Shown here piece by piece: positions 38,196-47,335 of a DNA stretch of 64,000 nt. The first letter of the stretch is position 1, and each line of letters opens with the position of its first letter. The translations under genes were made by a program, and so were the position numbers. The stretch comes from Candidatus Omnitrophota bacterium (GTDB taxonomy: Bacteria; Omnitrophota; Gorgyraeia; 2-01-FULL-45-10): contig JAPLME010000010.1 of NCBI GenBank assembly GCA_026387175.1, forward strand, positions 138,490-202,489, in the 5' to 3' direction. The notes beneath the pieces were generated by a model, which saw nothing but the letters and a program-made list of their open reading frames with translations, did not search any database and was not told the origin of the DNA.

Positions 38196-39140
38196 ATGAG
38201 GCCCATAGATAAGATAGGAAGGGCGATAGCGTTCTATTTTTCGGTGATGCTGTTCTGCGTGCTGCTGCCGGTGATATTGTCGTATGCGCTTGGCTATAAG
38301 ATAGATTATCGCAATTTCAAGATATATAAGACGGGCATCCTTTACATCGCGAGCCGCCCGGCAGGCGCTTCGATATATTTAAACGGCGCCATGCGCCAGG
38401 AACTTACACCCGCCCAGATAGAGGAGCTGAAGCCCGGCGATTATAAGGTAGAAGTGCGCAAGGACGGTTTTTATCCGTGGGAGAAGGATATAGTCGTCAA
38501 GCCGAACATGGCGACGAAGGCGGACCGGATAATCCTCTTTCCGATCACTCAGGAGATGAAGGCCATAAGCCAGAGGGGTATACACGACTTTATCGTCTCG
38601 AATAAAAATTACATATACTATATGAAGAAGTCGGGGTTCTTTCGTTCCGATATGGACGGAGGCAATATGACGAGGCTGGCAACTTACGGAAATTGGCCCG
38701 ACGGTATCATCGGCAAGAGATTTTCTTCAGATGGTAATGACCTCCTTTTTTTCTCTCCCGGCACGCTCGGAGTGATCCATATGCAGCAGGAAGCCGTGAA
38801 GGTGGAAGAGGTCTTTACGGGCGACGGCCTTATCATTGACGCGTTCTGGTATCCCAGCGCAAATTACATAATAGTGGTCACCCATAAAGATATAAAGGTG
38901 GTGGAGTTATCCGGCGCCGGAACGCGCAATATAGTGTCATTGTACAAATTTAATTCGAAGCCGCAGAATGTCGGTTACGATGAGAATAGCGGCTCATTAT
39001 ATTTCATCGATACGCACATAGGCGCGGATTCCAAAGAATCGAACTACCTGTACAGGCTTAACCTTAAACAGAAATTCTTCGACAGCATAATACAGAGTTT
39101 GATTAAGAAAGAGCAGGAAGCCGGATATGAAAAGAGATAG
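38196..39140 (+). CDS. PEGA-domain membrane-anchored protein
   Basis: N-terminal TM, then PAGASIYLNG...LKPGDYKVEVRKDGFYPWEKDIVV (PEGA pattern), then a beta-rich C-terminal region. Confidence 0.6.
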   Translation: MRPIDKIGRAIAFYFSVMLFCVLLPVILSYALGYKIDYRNFKIYKTGILYIASRPAGASIYLNGAMRQELTPAQIEELKPGDYKVEVRKDGFYPWEKDIVVKPNMATKADRIILFPITQEMKAISQRGIHDFIVSNKNYIYYMKKSGFFRSDMDGGNMTRLATYGNWPDGIIGKRFSSDGNDLLFFSPGTLGVIHMQQEAVKVEEVFTGDGLIIDAFWYPSANYIIVVTHKDIKVVELSGAGTRNIVSLYKFNSKPQNVGYDENSGSLYFIDTHIGADSKESNYLYRLNLKQKFFDSIIQSLIKKEQEAGYEKR

Positions 39141-40638
39141 GTTCTATAGAAGGCTTTTCGAGATAATCCCGGGGCTCCTCACATGGACGACGATCCTGGG
39201 GCTATTTATTTTTGCCTTCATAAAACCGCTCTGGGTGGCGATATTTGTAATAACCTTCGACCTGTACTGGGTGATAAGGATGACATACCTCAGTATGCTG
39301 CTGCTCTTCGCCTACCGCCGCCTTGCCAGGGAGCGGAACTGGGACTGGTTTAAGAAATGTGAATTGCTGGGCAGGGTCAGGGGCCTTGAGCATAAAAATA
39401 TCTATCATGCGGTGCTCTTTCCCGTGTATAAAGAGGGCCCCGAGATATTGAAACCGTCGATCGAGTCGATCGAGAATTCCAACTACCCTAAAGATAAGAT
39501 GATAATGGTCCTGAGCGTGGAGGAGAGGGCTGGTAAGGATGCCTGGAATAACGCGCTGGCTCTCAAGAAAGCGCACGAGAAGAATTTCTGGAAGTTTTTA
39601 GTGACGTCTCACCCCGATGGTTTACCCGGAGAGATAAAGGCAAAAGGCGCTAATGCCACCTGGGGCGCGAGAGCGATAAAGGATTTTCTCGATTCCAACA
39701 AGATAGATTACGAGCATGTGGTGATATCATGCTTTGACGCCGATACCTGCGCTGACAGGGAATACTTCGGGTGCCTTACATACCAATATATTGCCAGTCC
39801 CGACCGGACGCGTTCGAGCTACCAGCCTATTCCCGTCTACAATAATAATATATGGCATGCCCGTTCTATTGCCAGGCTATTGGAGCTTGGCTCCAGTTTT
39901 ATGCAGCTGGTGGAGACCATGAGGATCGAAAAGTTCGTCACATTCTCGAGCCACAGCATGAGTTTTAAGACGCTGGTCGAAGTCAACTATTGGCCATTGG
40001 ACATGATATCCGACGATTCTGTAATATACTGGAAATGTTTCCTGCATTTTGACGGGCACTACGCCGTCGTGCCCATGTACGTAACGGTCTCAATGGATGT
40101 CGCCACGGAAAGTAAAGTCCTGCCCACTATCGTAAAGCAATATAAGCAGAAGCGGCGCTGGGCGTGGGGTGTCGAGAATTTTCCTTACCTGGTGATCGGT
40201 TTTATGCACAATAAGAAGATACCGCTCCTGACCAAGATAAGAAGGTCGCTGAATATACTCGAGAGCCATTATACCTGGGCCGTCTGGGCCATAATAGTCA
40301 CGTTCATCGCGCCCCTTCCCATAATATTCGGCGGCGGGCTCTTCAGACAGACGGCGATGGGGTACAATCTTCCGAGCGTTTCCGCCACACTCTTTAACAT
40401 GTCGTTATTTACGTTATTCATATTAATATTTGTGAGCATAAAGCTCCTGCCGCCAAGGCCGAAAGATGTGAAACCGCAGAAGCACCTCGTGATGTATACG
40501 CAGTGGCTGCTCGCGCCGTTCGTTGCGGCGTTCCTCGGCTCGACTCCCGCTATCGACGCGCAGACGCGCCTGATGCTCGGCAAGTATATGCACTTCCAGG
40601 TCACCGAAAAGAAGCGCCACCACGCCCGCGCTAAGTGA
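39127..40638 (+). CDS. Membrane glycosyltransferase, GT2 family (cellulose-synthase-like)
   Basis: 503 aa. Cytoplasmic GT-A domain with DAD (CFDADTCAD) and a QxxRW-like (KRRWAWG) motif between TM segments. Confidence 0.65.
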   Translation: MKRDRFYRRLFEIIPGLLTWTTILGLFIFAFIKPLWVAIFVITFDLYWVIRMTYLSMLLLFAYRRLARERNWDWFKKCELLGRVRGLEHKNIYHAVLFPVYKEGPEILKPSIESIENSNYPKDKMIMVLSVEERAGKDAWNNALALKKAHEKNFWKFLVTSHPDGLPGEIKAKGANATWGARAIKDFLDSNKIDYEHVVISCFDADTCADREYFGCLTYQYIASPDRTRSSYQPIPVYNNNIWHARSIARLLELGSSFMQLVETMRIEKFVTFSSHSMSFKTLVEVNYWPLDMISDDSVIYWKCFLHFDGHYAVVPMYVTVSMDVATESKVLPTIVKQYKQKRRWAWGVENFPYLVIGFMHNKKIPLLTKIRRSLNILESHYTWAVWAIIVTFIAPLPIIFGGGLFRQTAMGYNLPSVSATLFNMSLFTLFILIFVSIKLLPPRPKDVKPQKHLVMYTQWLLAPFVAAFLGSTPAIDAQTRLMLGKYMHFQVTEKKRHHARAK

Positions 40639-40703
40639 CTATTTTCTCTTGTTTCCGGGACTCTTATGTGCTATACTTTCACTGTTAATCTAAGGAGGGG
40701 CCA

Positions 40704-40907
40704 ATGGGAAAATATACCGGCGTAGTAGTAGGCGCCATAGCCGTTTTGATCGGAATAGTCGGACTCATGAAATGGTGGTATTATTTTGCGGCGCTTCTCA
40801 AAGGCTCGATCCCCCCGATAATAATATTTGCCGGAGCGATAGCTGTGATAGCGGCCTTGAGCGAAATTAAAGATGAGGCCGCGGCAAAAAAAGAAGAGAC
40901 AAAATAA
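40704..40907 (+). CDS. Small two-TM membrane protein
   Basis: 67 aa. AAGGAGGGG RBS. TGcTATACT extended -10 upstream. Confidence 0.5.
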   Translation: MGKYTGVVVGAIAVLIGIVGLMKWWYYFAALLKGSIPPIIIFAGAIAVIAALSEIKDEAAAKKEETK

Positions 40908-40944
40908 ATAGCAGCCGACGGTAAAAACACTACTAATAGTATTT

Positions 40945-40979
40945 TTAAAAACACTACATACAATATGTAGTGTTTTTTC
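40945..40979 (+). terminator. Rho-independent terminator
   Basis: ACACTACAT-acaat-ATGTAGTGT + TTTTTT. Confidence 0.8.
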
Positions 40980-41008
40980 TTGACAGCATATCCCGCGCGT
41001 GATATTAT
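40980..41008 (+). promoter_or_regulatory. Consensus sigma70 promoter of nrdJ
   Basis: TTGACA(40980-40985)-17 nt-TATTAT(41003-41008). GGAGG at 41048 precedes ATG 41067. Confidence 0.65.
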
Positions 41009-41066
41009 CTCCAAGGTCTATTTAATCGGTTATAAACAAGGAAAAGTGGAGGCCGCGAGAAAGAGA

Positions 41067-43376
41067 ATGGGGAAAGATACGGGCGTGAATTCGAAGTTGT
41101 CTGAGAATGCGGTAAAGGTTTTAGAGAAAAGGTATCTGAAGAAAAACGATGATGGTAAGCCTGTAGAGACGCCGGCAGATATGTTCCGGCGCGTAGCGAA
41201 GAATATCGCCACGGCCGATTCGTATTACGGCAAGACCTCCAGAGAGGTGGCGAAGACCGAAAAAGAATTTTTCGAGATGATGACAGATCTTGATTTCCTG
41301 CCCAATTCCCCGACCCTGATGAACGCCGGGCGCGAGCTGCAGCAGCTGTCGGCATGTTTCGTACTCTCGATAGACGACTCGATGGAGTCGATATTCGAAA
41401 CGATAAAAGACACGGCAATGATACATAAATCGGGCGGCGGTACCGGCTTCAGTTTTTCGCGTTTGAGAGGGAAGAACTCTCCCGTAAGATCTACTGGCGG
41501 CATTTCGAGCGGCCCTGTCTCGTTCATGAAGGTATTTAACGCGGCCACCCAGGCTGTGAAACAGGGCGGCACGCGCCGCGGCGCGAATATGGGCATCCTG
41601 AGGATAGACCATCCGGATATCCTGGAATTCATCACCTGCAAAGAAAAAGACAAAGAGATCACCAACTTCAATATCTCCGTGGCCATCACGGAAGATTTTA
41701 TCGCTAAGGCATTGAAGAACGAGGAGTACGACCTGATAGACCCGCGCTCGAAGAAATCGTTCGGAAAACTGAACGCCAGGGAAGTTTGGGACCTTGTGAT
41801 AAAGATGGCGTGGCAGAACGGAGAACCCGGCATAATATTCATAGACAGGATAAATAAGGATAATCCCACCCCTCAGTGTGGAGAGATAGAGTCGACCAAC
41901 CCGTGCGGCGAGCAGCCGCTTTTGCCTTACGAGAGCTGTAACCTCGGCTCCGTAAATCTCGCGAATATGGTATCTTCCGGAGGGATCGATTGGAACAAAC
42001 TCGGGGATACGGTCGAGAAGGCCGTCCATTTTCTCGATAACGTAATAGACATGAACTCCTATCCTTTGAAGAGGATACAGGATATGACAAAGTCGAACCG
42101 CAAGATCGGGCTCGGGGTCATGGGATTTGCCGATATGCTTTTCATGCTCGGGGTAAGGTACGACTCAAGCGATGGGATAAAACTCGCCGAGAAGACCATG
42201 AAGTTCGTCCTGGAGCGCGCGACCTCGGCGTCCCAGAAACTGGCCGCGGAGAGAGGGGCCTTCCCTAACTTCAAAGGAAGCATATATGATACCAAAGGCG
42301 CGAAGCCGCTCCGGAACGCGACCCTCACCACGATAGCTCCTACGGGTACCCTTTCGATCATAGCCAATTGCTCCAGCGGGATAGAGCCCATATTCGCCAT
42401 ATCCTATATAAGGAACATAATGGACAACGTGAAGATGGTCGAGGTCCATCCTTATTTTAAAGAGGTGGCGGAGGCAAAAGGTTTCTACACGCCCGAACTG
42501 ATGAACCTGATCGCGCAGCACGGCACTATACGCGGGATGCAGGAGATCCCGGAAGAGGTGCAGGCATTGTTTGTGACTGCGCATGATATAGCGCCGAACT
42601 GGCATATAAAGATGCAGGCGGCATTTCAGAAATATACCAATAACGCGGTATCGAAGACCGTAAACTTGCCGCAGGAAGCTACTGTGGAGGACGTGCGCGT
42701 CATATATATGCTCGCGTACGAAAGCGGCTGCAAAGGCGCCACTATCTACAGGGATAATTCCAGGGCGGAGCAGGTATTGAGTAAGCCTCAGGAGTCGAAG
42801 GATGCTTCATCCAAAGAGAAGGCCATGCCGGTAAAGATCATACCGAGGCCTCGCCCGAACGTCACTGTAGGCACCACCACAAAGATAGCCACAGGCTGCG
42901 GAAACCTCTATGTTACGATCAACGTGGATGAGAAGGGGCTGCCTTTCGAAGTCTTCATGTCCATGGGTAAAGCGGGTGGTTGCGCTATGAGCCAGCTTGA
43001 GGCTCTGGGAAGGCTCGTATCGCTGGCGCTCAGGAGCGGCATAGAAGCTACGGCTATAATAGAACAGATCCGCGGCATAAGATGCCCGTCCCCGAGTTGG
43101 GAAAAGGGCGGCAGGATATTCTCCTGTTCGGACGCTATAGCGCGCGTCCTGGAAAGAAGGCTTCATGGCGCCTCTAAGGCCAAGGCCCAGGTAAACGTAC
43201 TTGAAAATACAAAGGTGGCCATTGAGGCCCAGACATCCTCCGGCGAAAGCACTTACAAGCCCGGTAACAGTAAAAAAGGCGATATAGTGGGGGTCTGCCC
43301 GGATTGCGGAAGCGCTCTATGGCATATAGAAGGCTGCATGGTCTGTAACTCCTGCGGCTATTCGAAATGCGGTTAA
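41067..43376 (+). CDS. nrdJ: Adenosylcobalamin-dependent ribonucleotide reductase (class II, NrdJ)
   Basis: TNPCGEQPLLPYESCNLGSVNL active-site region. C-terminal CxxC...CxxC zinc ribbon. The track ORF uses a TTG at 40980 that is actually the -35 box. Confidence 0.9.
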   Translation: MGKDTGVNSKLSENAVKVLEKRYLKKNDDGKPVETPADMFRRVAKNIATADSYYGKTSREVAKTEKEFFEMMTDLDFLPNSPTLMNAGRELQQLSACFVLSIDDSMESIFETIKDTAMIHKSGGGTGFSFSRLRGKNSPVRSTGGISSGPVSFMKVFNAATQAVKQGGTRRGANMGILRIDHPDILEFITCKEKDKEITNFNISVAITEDFIAKALKNEEYDLIDPRSKKSFGKLNAREVWDLVIKMAWQNGEPGIIFIDRINKDNPTPQCGEIESTNPCGEQPLLPYESCNLGSVNLANMVSSGGIDWNKLGDTVEKAVHFLDNVIDMNSYPLKRIQDMTKSNRKIGLGVMGFADMLFMLGVRYDSSDGIKLAEKTMKFVLERATSASQKLAAERGAFPNFKGSIYDTKGAKPLRNATLTTIAPTGTLSIIANCSSGIEPIFAISYIRNIMDNVKMVEVHPYFKEVAEAKGFYTPELMNLIAQHGTIRGMQEIPEEVQALFVTAHDIAPNWHIKMQAAFQKYTNNAVSKTVNLPQEATVEDVRVIYMLAYESGCKGATIYRDNSRAEQVLSKPQESKDASSKEKAMPVKIIPRPRPNVTVGTTTKIATGCGNLYVTINVDEKGLPFEVFMSMGKAGGCAMSQLEALGRLVSLALRSGIEATAIIEQIRGIRCPSPSWEKGGRIFSCSDAIARVLERRLHGASKAKAQVNVLENTKVAIEAQTSSGESTYKPGNSKKGDIVGVCPDCGSALWHIEGCMVCNSCGYSKCG

Positions 43377-43460
43377 CGGTAAAATTACGTCCGTCGCTCT
43401 TGCCAAAACAGGATTACATGGTATAATATTACCATTAATACTAATTAAGGGAGGTGTTGG

Positions 43461-44135
43461 ATGGATAATTTGAACGTTGTGGTGATGGAGCCGATAAAAG
43501 TTATGGCCATTAAGATATGGAGCTATATTCCGGCCATAATGGGAGCCATAATCATCCTCGTAGTAGGGTGGCTGTTGGCTAAGCTTATAGAGGCGGTAGT
43601 TACAAGGGTTCTCAAGACTGTCCGTCTGGACATGGCAAGCGATAAGATAGGTATCTCCAAAGTGCTGGCGCAGGGCGATATAAAACTTTCCCTGTCCGAG
43701 CTCATTGGCGCGATAGTTTACTGGCTTGTTATGCTTGTGGCGGTAGCTACGATGCTGGATGCCCTTAACCTTAAGATGGCGTCCGATCTTATATCCAGAG
43801 TGGTCGAATATATACCGAATATAATAGCCGCTGTGTTCATTCTTGTAATAGGAGCGTTTCTTGCCAATTTCATCGCCACGGTGATACGCACCGCCGGCTC
43901 GAATGCGGGCCTTAAGAACGCGAAGTTGATGGCTCAGCTTGCCCAGGTGATCCTGATAGTATTCACCGTTATAATAGCTATTGAGCAGCTTAAGGTAGCT
44001 ACAGCTCTTCTGGTGCTAGCGGTAAATATAGTCCTGATATCGATAGGCGTGGGCATGGCGCTTGCCTTCGGCCTTGGCTGTAAAGATATCGCCGGCAAGT
44101 TCATGCAGGATGTTATCAATAAGCTGAATAAATAG
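43461..44135 (+). CDS. Mechanosensitive-channel-related membrane protein (conserved TM-helix repeat family)
   Basis: Four or five TM helices with repeated ...VIGAFLANFIATVIR... units. TTGCCA-16 nt-TATAAT and AAGGGAGGTG upstream. Confidence 0.5.
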   Translation: MDNLNVVVMEPIKVMAIKIWSYIPAIMGAIIILVVGWLLAKLIEAVVTRVLKTVRLDMASDKIGISKVLAQGDIKLSLSELIGAIVYWLVMLVAVATMLDALNLKMASDLISRVVEYIPNIIAAVFILVIGAFLANFIATVIRTAGSNAGLKNAKLMAQLAQVILIVFTVIIAIEQLKVATALLVLAVNIVLISIGVGMALAFGLGCKDIAGKFMQDVINKLNK

Positions 44136-44153
44136 GACGAAAGTCTAAAATAC

Positions 44154-44188
44154 AGTTTCGCTAAAGGAGGCGCGTTGAAGACGCGCCT
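44154..44188 (+). terminator. Rho-independent terminator
   Basis: GGAGGCGCG-ttgaaga-CGCGCCTCC + TTTTTT. Confidence 0.85.
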
Positions 44189-44208
44189 CCTTTTTTATCC
44201 CGGAACCC

Positions 44209-45339
44209 ATGGAAACCTCTTTATATATCCATATACCTTTCTGTAAACGCAAATGTTTTTACTGCGATTTTTACAGTGAGATCTATGACCGTGAACTCTC
44301 CGCCGCTTATATCGATGTGATAATAAACCAGATAGAGGAACTGCCACAAGCCTTCTCGACCATATATATCGGCGGCGGGACCCCGAGCGCCCTCGAGCCG
44401 GAACTCCTGGAGCGCCTTTTGAAGGCATTAAAGCCGAAGTTCGCCGGCGCAAGCCCCGAATTCACCGTGGAGGCCAATCCGGAAAGCCTGGACGATCACC
44501 GGATAAAGGTTTTGCTGGATTCGGGAGTGACGAGGCTCAGCATCGGCGTCCAGTCCTTCGATGATAGAAAACTTAAAAAACTCGGGCGTCTCCATAACGC
44601 CGAAAAGGCCCGCGAAGCGGTTTATCTGGCGGCAAAGAGAGGCTTTTCTAATATAAGCATCGACCTGATATTCGGCGTATGGGGCGAGGCTTCCGAAAAC
44701 TGGAAGAGTGAAATCGAAGAGGCTGTCAAACTTCCGGTGAGCCATATATCCTGCTATTCTCTCACATACGAAAAAGGCACGCCTCTCTTTAAGGCTATCC
44801 TCGATAAGAGTATCGCGCCCATTGAGGATGACCTCTCCTCGGCGATGTACGAGACAGCAATGGAATTATTGGCTGTACGGGGATTCAAACAATATGAGAT
44901 ATCGAATTTCGCCAAAGATGAAGGTTTCCGGTGCAGGCATAATTTAAATTATTGGGAAAATAATCCCTATGTTGGCCTCGGCGCATCGGCCGTATCATAT
45001 ATGGACGGCGTAAGGGCCAAAAATGTCTCGAGTATCCGGGAATATATAAAACGCTATCAGTCCGGCGCGAGCCTTATCGAGTCGAGCGAGAAGCTGTCGC
45101 CTGTAAGAAGGGCGAAAGAGACGGCCGCGATAAAGATCAGGACCAGGGACGGTATAGATCTCAGGTGGTTCAGGGAGAAGACGGGATATGATCTTCAGGA
45201 GCTCGAGCGTAAGTCTTTACTGGAACTTGCGGATAAGGACCTGATCAAATATAAGAGAGAGGGCGCTTCCATAACCGGTATCGCGTTAAAACACAAGGGG
45301 ATCCTCTTCTGCGACACCGTCTCCGCCGCTTTTCTGTAG
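44209..45339 (+). CDS. hemW: Radical SAM family heme chaperone HemW (oxygen-independent coproporphyrinogen oxidase-like)
   Basis: LYIHIPFCKRKCFYCDF radical SAM motif and HemN C-terminal domain. Confidence 0.85.
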   Translation: METSLYIHIPFCKRKCFYCDFYSEIYDRELSAAYIDVIINQIEELPQAFSTIYIGGGTPSALEPELLERLLKALKPKFAGASPEFTVEANPESLDDHRIKVLLDSGVTRLSIGVQSFDDRKLKKLGRLHNAEKAREAVYLAAKRGFSNISIDLIFGVWGEASENWKSEIEEAVKLPVSHISCYSLTYEKGTPLFKAILDKSIAPIEDDLSSAMYETAMELLAVRGFKQYEISNFAKDEGFRCRHNLNYWENNPYVGLGASAVSYMDGVRAKNVSSIREYIKRYQSGASLIESSEKLSPVRRAKETAAIKIRTRDGIDLRWFREKTGYDLQELERKSLLELADKDLIKYKREGASITGIALKHKGILFCDTVSAAFL

Positions 45340-45387
45340 AGCATAATTATTGACTAACAAGCAGTAAAGGTTTATATTTAAATCATT

Positions 45388-46563
45388 ATGATAATATCCA
45401 AACGCCATAAAAGACTGCCGTTCAAAACCAAAGTCTTTAGAAGGATGGAAGATATCTCCCCGGAGACCTGGAATAAAGTCTATCCCGATATCCTGGAAAG
45501 TTATAATTTTTTCAGGACCTTAGACGAATCCGGCCTTGATCAATTCTCTCTCTATTATATCCTGGCCTATGAGGGCAAAAATGTCGTCGGGGCGGCAAAC
45601 TGTTTCTTGATGGACTACTCCCTCGATACCAGCATCAGCGGCCCGCTCCGTAGATTGTCTAATGCCATAAAGCGCATTAAGGGCAATATATTCAGCCTCA
45701 AGGCGTTTATATGCGGCATGCCGATCGGACAGGGCAGGATAGGATTTGGGGGCGATAAGGATAAGGTGATGCACGCCCTTGTAAGGCGCATAGAACAGAT
45801 CGCAAGTAAAGAGAAGTGCGCTATAGTGGCGTTCAAGGACTTCGACCATTCATATACCGGCGCGCTGGACGGGCTTCAGAAAGAAGGGTTCATAAAGCTC
45901 GACAGCCTGCCGACGACCGAGATGAACATATGGTTTAAGGACTTTGAGGAGTATCTGAATACTTTGAGCGGCGCTTCCAGATACGACCTGAGAAGAAAAT
46001 TCAAAAGGGTGGACGGCCATGTCAAAATCGATATGAAGATGGTCGGCGCGCTTAATGAGCATGAGCTCAGGGAAGTGTATAAGCTCTACCTGGACATAGT
46101 CGACAAACATGATATGGGATTCGAGCTTCTGCCGATGGCATTCTTTAAAAATCTGTCTAAAAACATGCCGGAAGAGACGAAATACTTTTTATGGCATATA
46201 GACGGGAAGCTTGCCGCTTTTCTTCTGTGCCTTGTATCGAAGGACCGGTTCATAGATTATTACGTAGGGATGGATTACTCGATTGCGCATAAATACCACC
46301 TTTATTTTATAAAGTTCCGGGATGTTATGAACTGGTGCATCAAGCATAAGATAAAGACGTATGAGATGGGCATCACCGGCTACGAACCGAAGAGAAGGCT
46401 CGGTTTTGAGTTCATCCCTCTTTACATCTACGCAAAGCTCCGGAACAGATGGATGAGGCCCGTATTTAAAATGGCATGCCGGTTCTTAAAATTCGAAAAT
46501 TTTGATCCGACATTAAAGAAAGGCAAGAACCATAAATCGCAGAAGGCGCCTGATGAAAAGTAG
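45388..46563 (+). CDS. GNAT-fold acyltransferase, DUF482/FemAB-like family
   Basis: 391 aa, two GNAT-like halves. TTGACT-17 nt-TATATT promoter upstream. Confidence 0.5.
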   Translation: MIISKRHKRLPFKTKVFRRMEDISPETWNKVYPDILESYNFFRTLDESGLDQFSLYYILAYEGKNVVGAANCFLMDYSLDTSISGPLRRLSNAIKRIKGNIFSLKAFICGMPIGQGRIGFGGDKDKVMHALVRRIEQIASKEKCAIVAFKDFDHSYTGALDGLQKEGFIKLDSLPTTEMNIWFKDFEEYLNTLSGASRYDLRRKFKRVDGHVKIDMKMVGALNEHELREVYKLYLDIVDKHDMGFELLPMAFFKNLSKNMPEETKYFLWHIDGKLAAFLLCLVSKDRFIDYYVGMDYSIAHKYHLYFIKFRDVMNWCIKHKIKTYEMGITGYEPKRRLGFEFIPLYIYAKLRNRWMRPVFKMACRFLKFENFDPTLKKGKNHKSQKAPDEK

Positions 46564-46963
46564 CGGCCTCACTTTAAAGATATTCCTGCTGATAGTCTTA
46601 AACGACGTCGGTGATACGATCGCCCAGCTTCTGATGAAGAAAGGGCTGATCAAGACAGGGATCGATAATATCAATTTCGGTAATATAGCGGAATTCGCCG
46701 CCAGGAATATATCATCGCCGCTTGTCTGGCTGGGGATATTCGTATTTATCTTGAACTTTTTCGTATGGATAATCATCCTGTCGCGTGTGGACCTGAGCAT
46801 CGCGATGCCCGTGGGCAGCACTTCCTATATATTTGTTCCTATAGCGGCCATGATCTTTCTGCATGAACATGTGGGCATCTTAAGGTGGGCCGGAATATTA
46901 TTGATCGTGCTGGGAATACATTTTGTTTCACAGAGCCGAAAGCCTGAAAAAGGGATATCCTGA
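46553..46963 (+). CDS. SMR/EamA-like 4-TM transporter subunit (ArnE/ArnF-like pair, first)
   Basis: 136 aa, 4 TM helices. Overlaps the upstream gene. Confidence 0.6.
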   Translation: MKSSGLTLKIFLLIVLNDVGDTIAQLLMKKGLIKTGIDNINFGNIAEFAARNISSPLVWLGIFVFILNFFVWIIILSRVDLSIAMPVGSTSYIFVPIAAMIFLHEHVGILRWAGILLIVLGIHFVSQSRKPEKGIS

Positions 46964-47334
46964 TGACGAAAGTCCTGATCTTCATAATAATAGCCGAAAT
47001 CTGGACCGCGGTAGGGCAGGTGCTCTTCAAGAAGAGCACCAACTCCATCGAGCATCACAGCCTGCGCAGCTATGACAGCCTGATGAGCTTTATTAAGAGT
47101 GTGCTCTCAAAGCCCATGATCTGGACCGGGTTATTAGCGATGACTATCGGCATGGCCGTCTGGCTTATGGCGCTGGCGCAGGCGGACTTAAGCCTCGTAT
47201 TTTCCATAGGCAGCATTCAGTACATCATGATACTCTTCCTGGCGCACTACTTGCTGGGCGAGAAGATAGATAAGATGAAGTTAGCCGGAACTTTCCTTGT
47301 GGTCCTGGGCATAATCCTTATAACGATAAGTTAG
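46963..47334 (+). CDS. SMR/EamA-like 4-TM transporter subunit (pair, second)
   Basis: 123 aa, 4 TM helices. 1-nt overlap with its partner. Confidence 0.6.
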   Translation: MTKVLIFIIIAEIWTAVGQVLFKKSTNSIEHHSLRSYDSLMSFIKSVLSKPMIWTGLLAMTIGMAVWLMALAQADLSLVFSIGSIQYIMILFLAHYLLGEKIDKMKLAGTFLVVLGIILITIS

Positions 47335-47335
47335 C

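Noticed and set aside
40980-41066. Track ORF start (TTG at 40980) for nrdJ, and a cobalamin riboswitch upstream of nrdJ
   Set aside because: The TTG is the -35 hexamer of a consensus promoter, and the real start is ATG 41067 behind GGAGG. The leader is only about 55 nt, too short for a B12 riboswitch.
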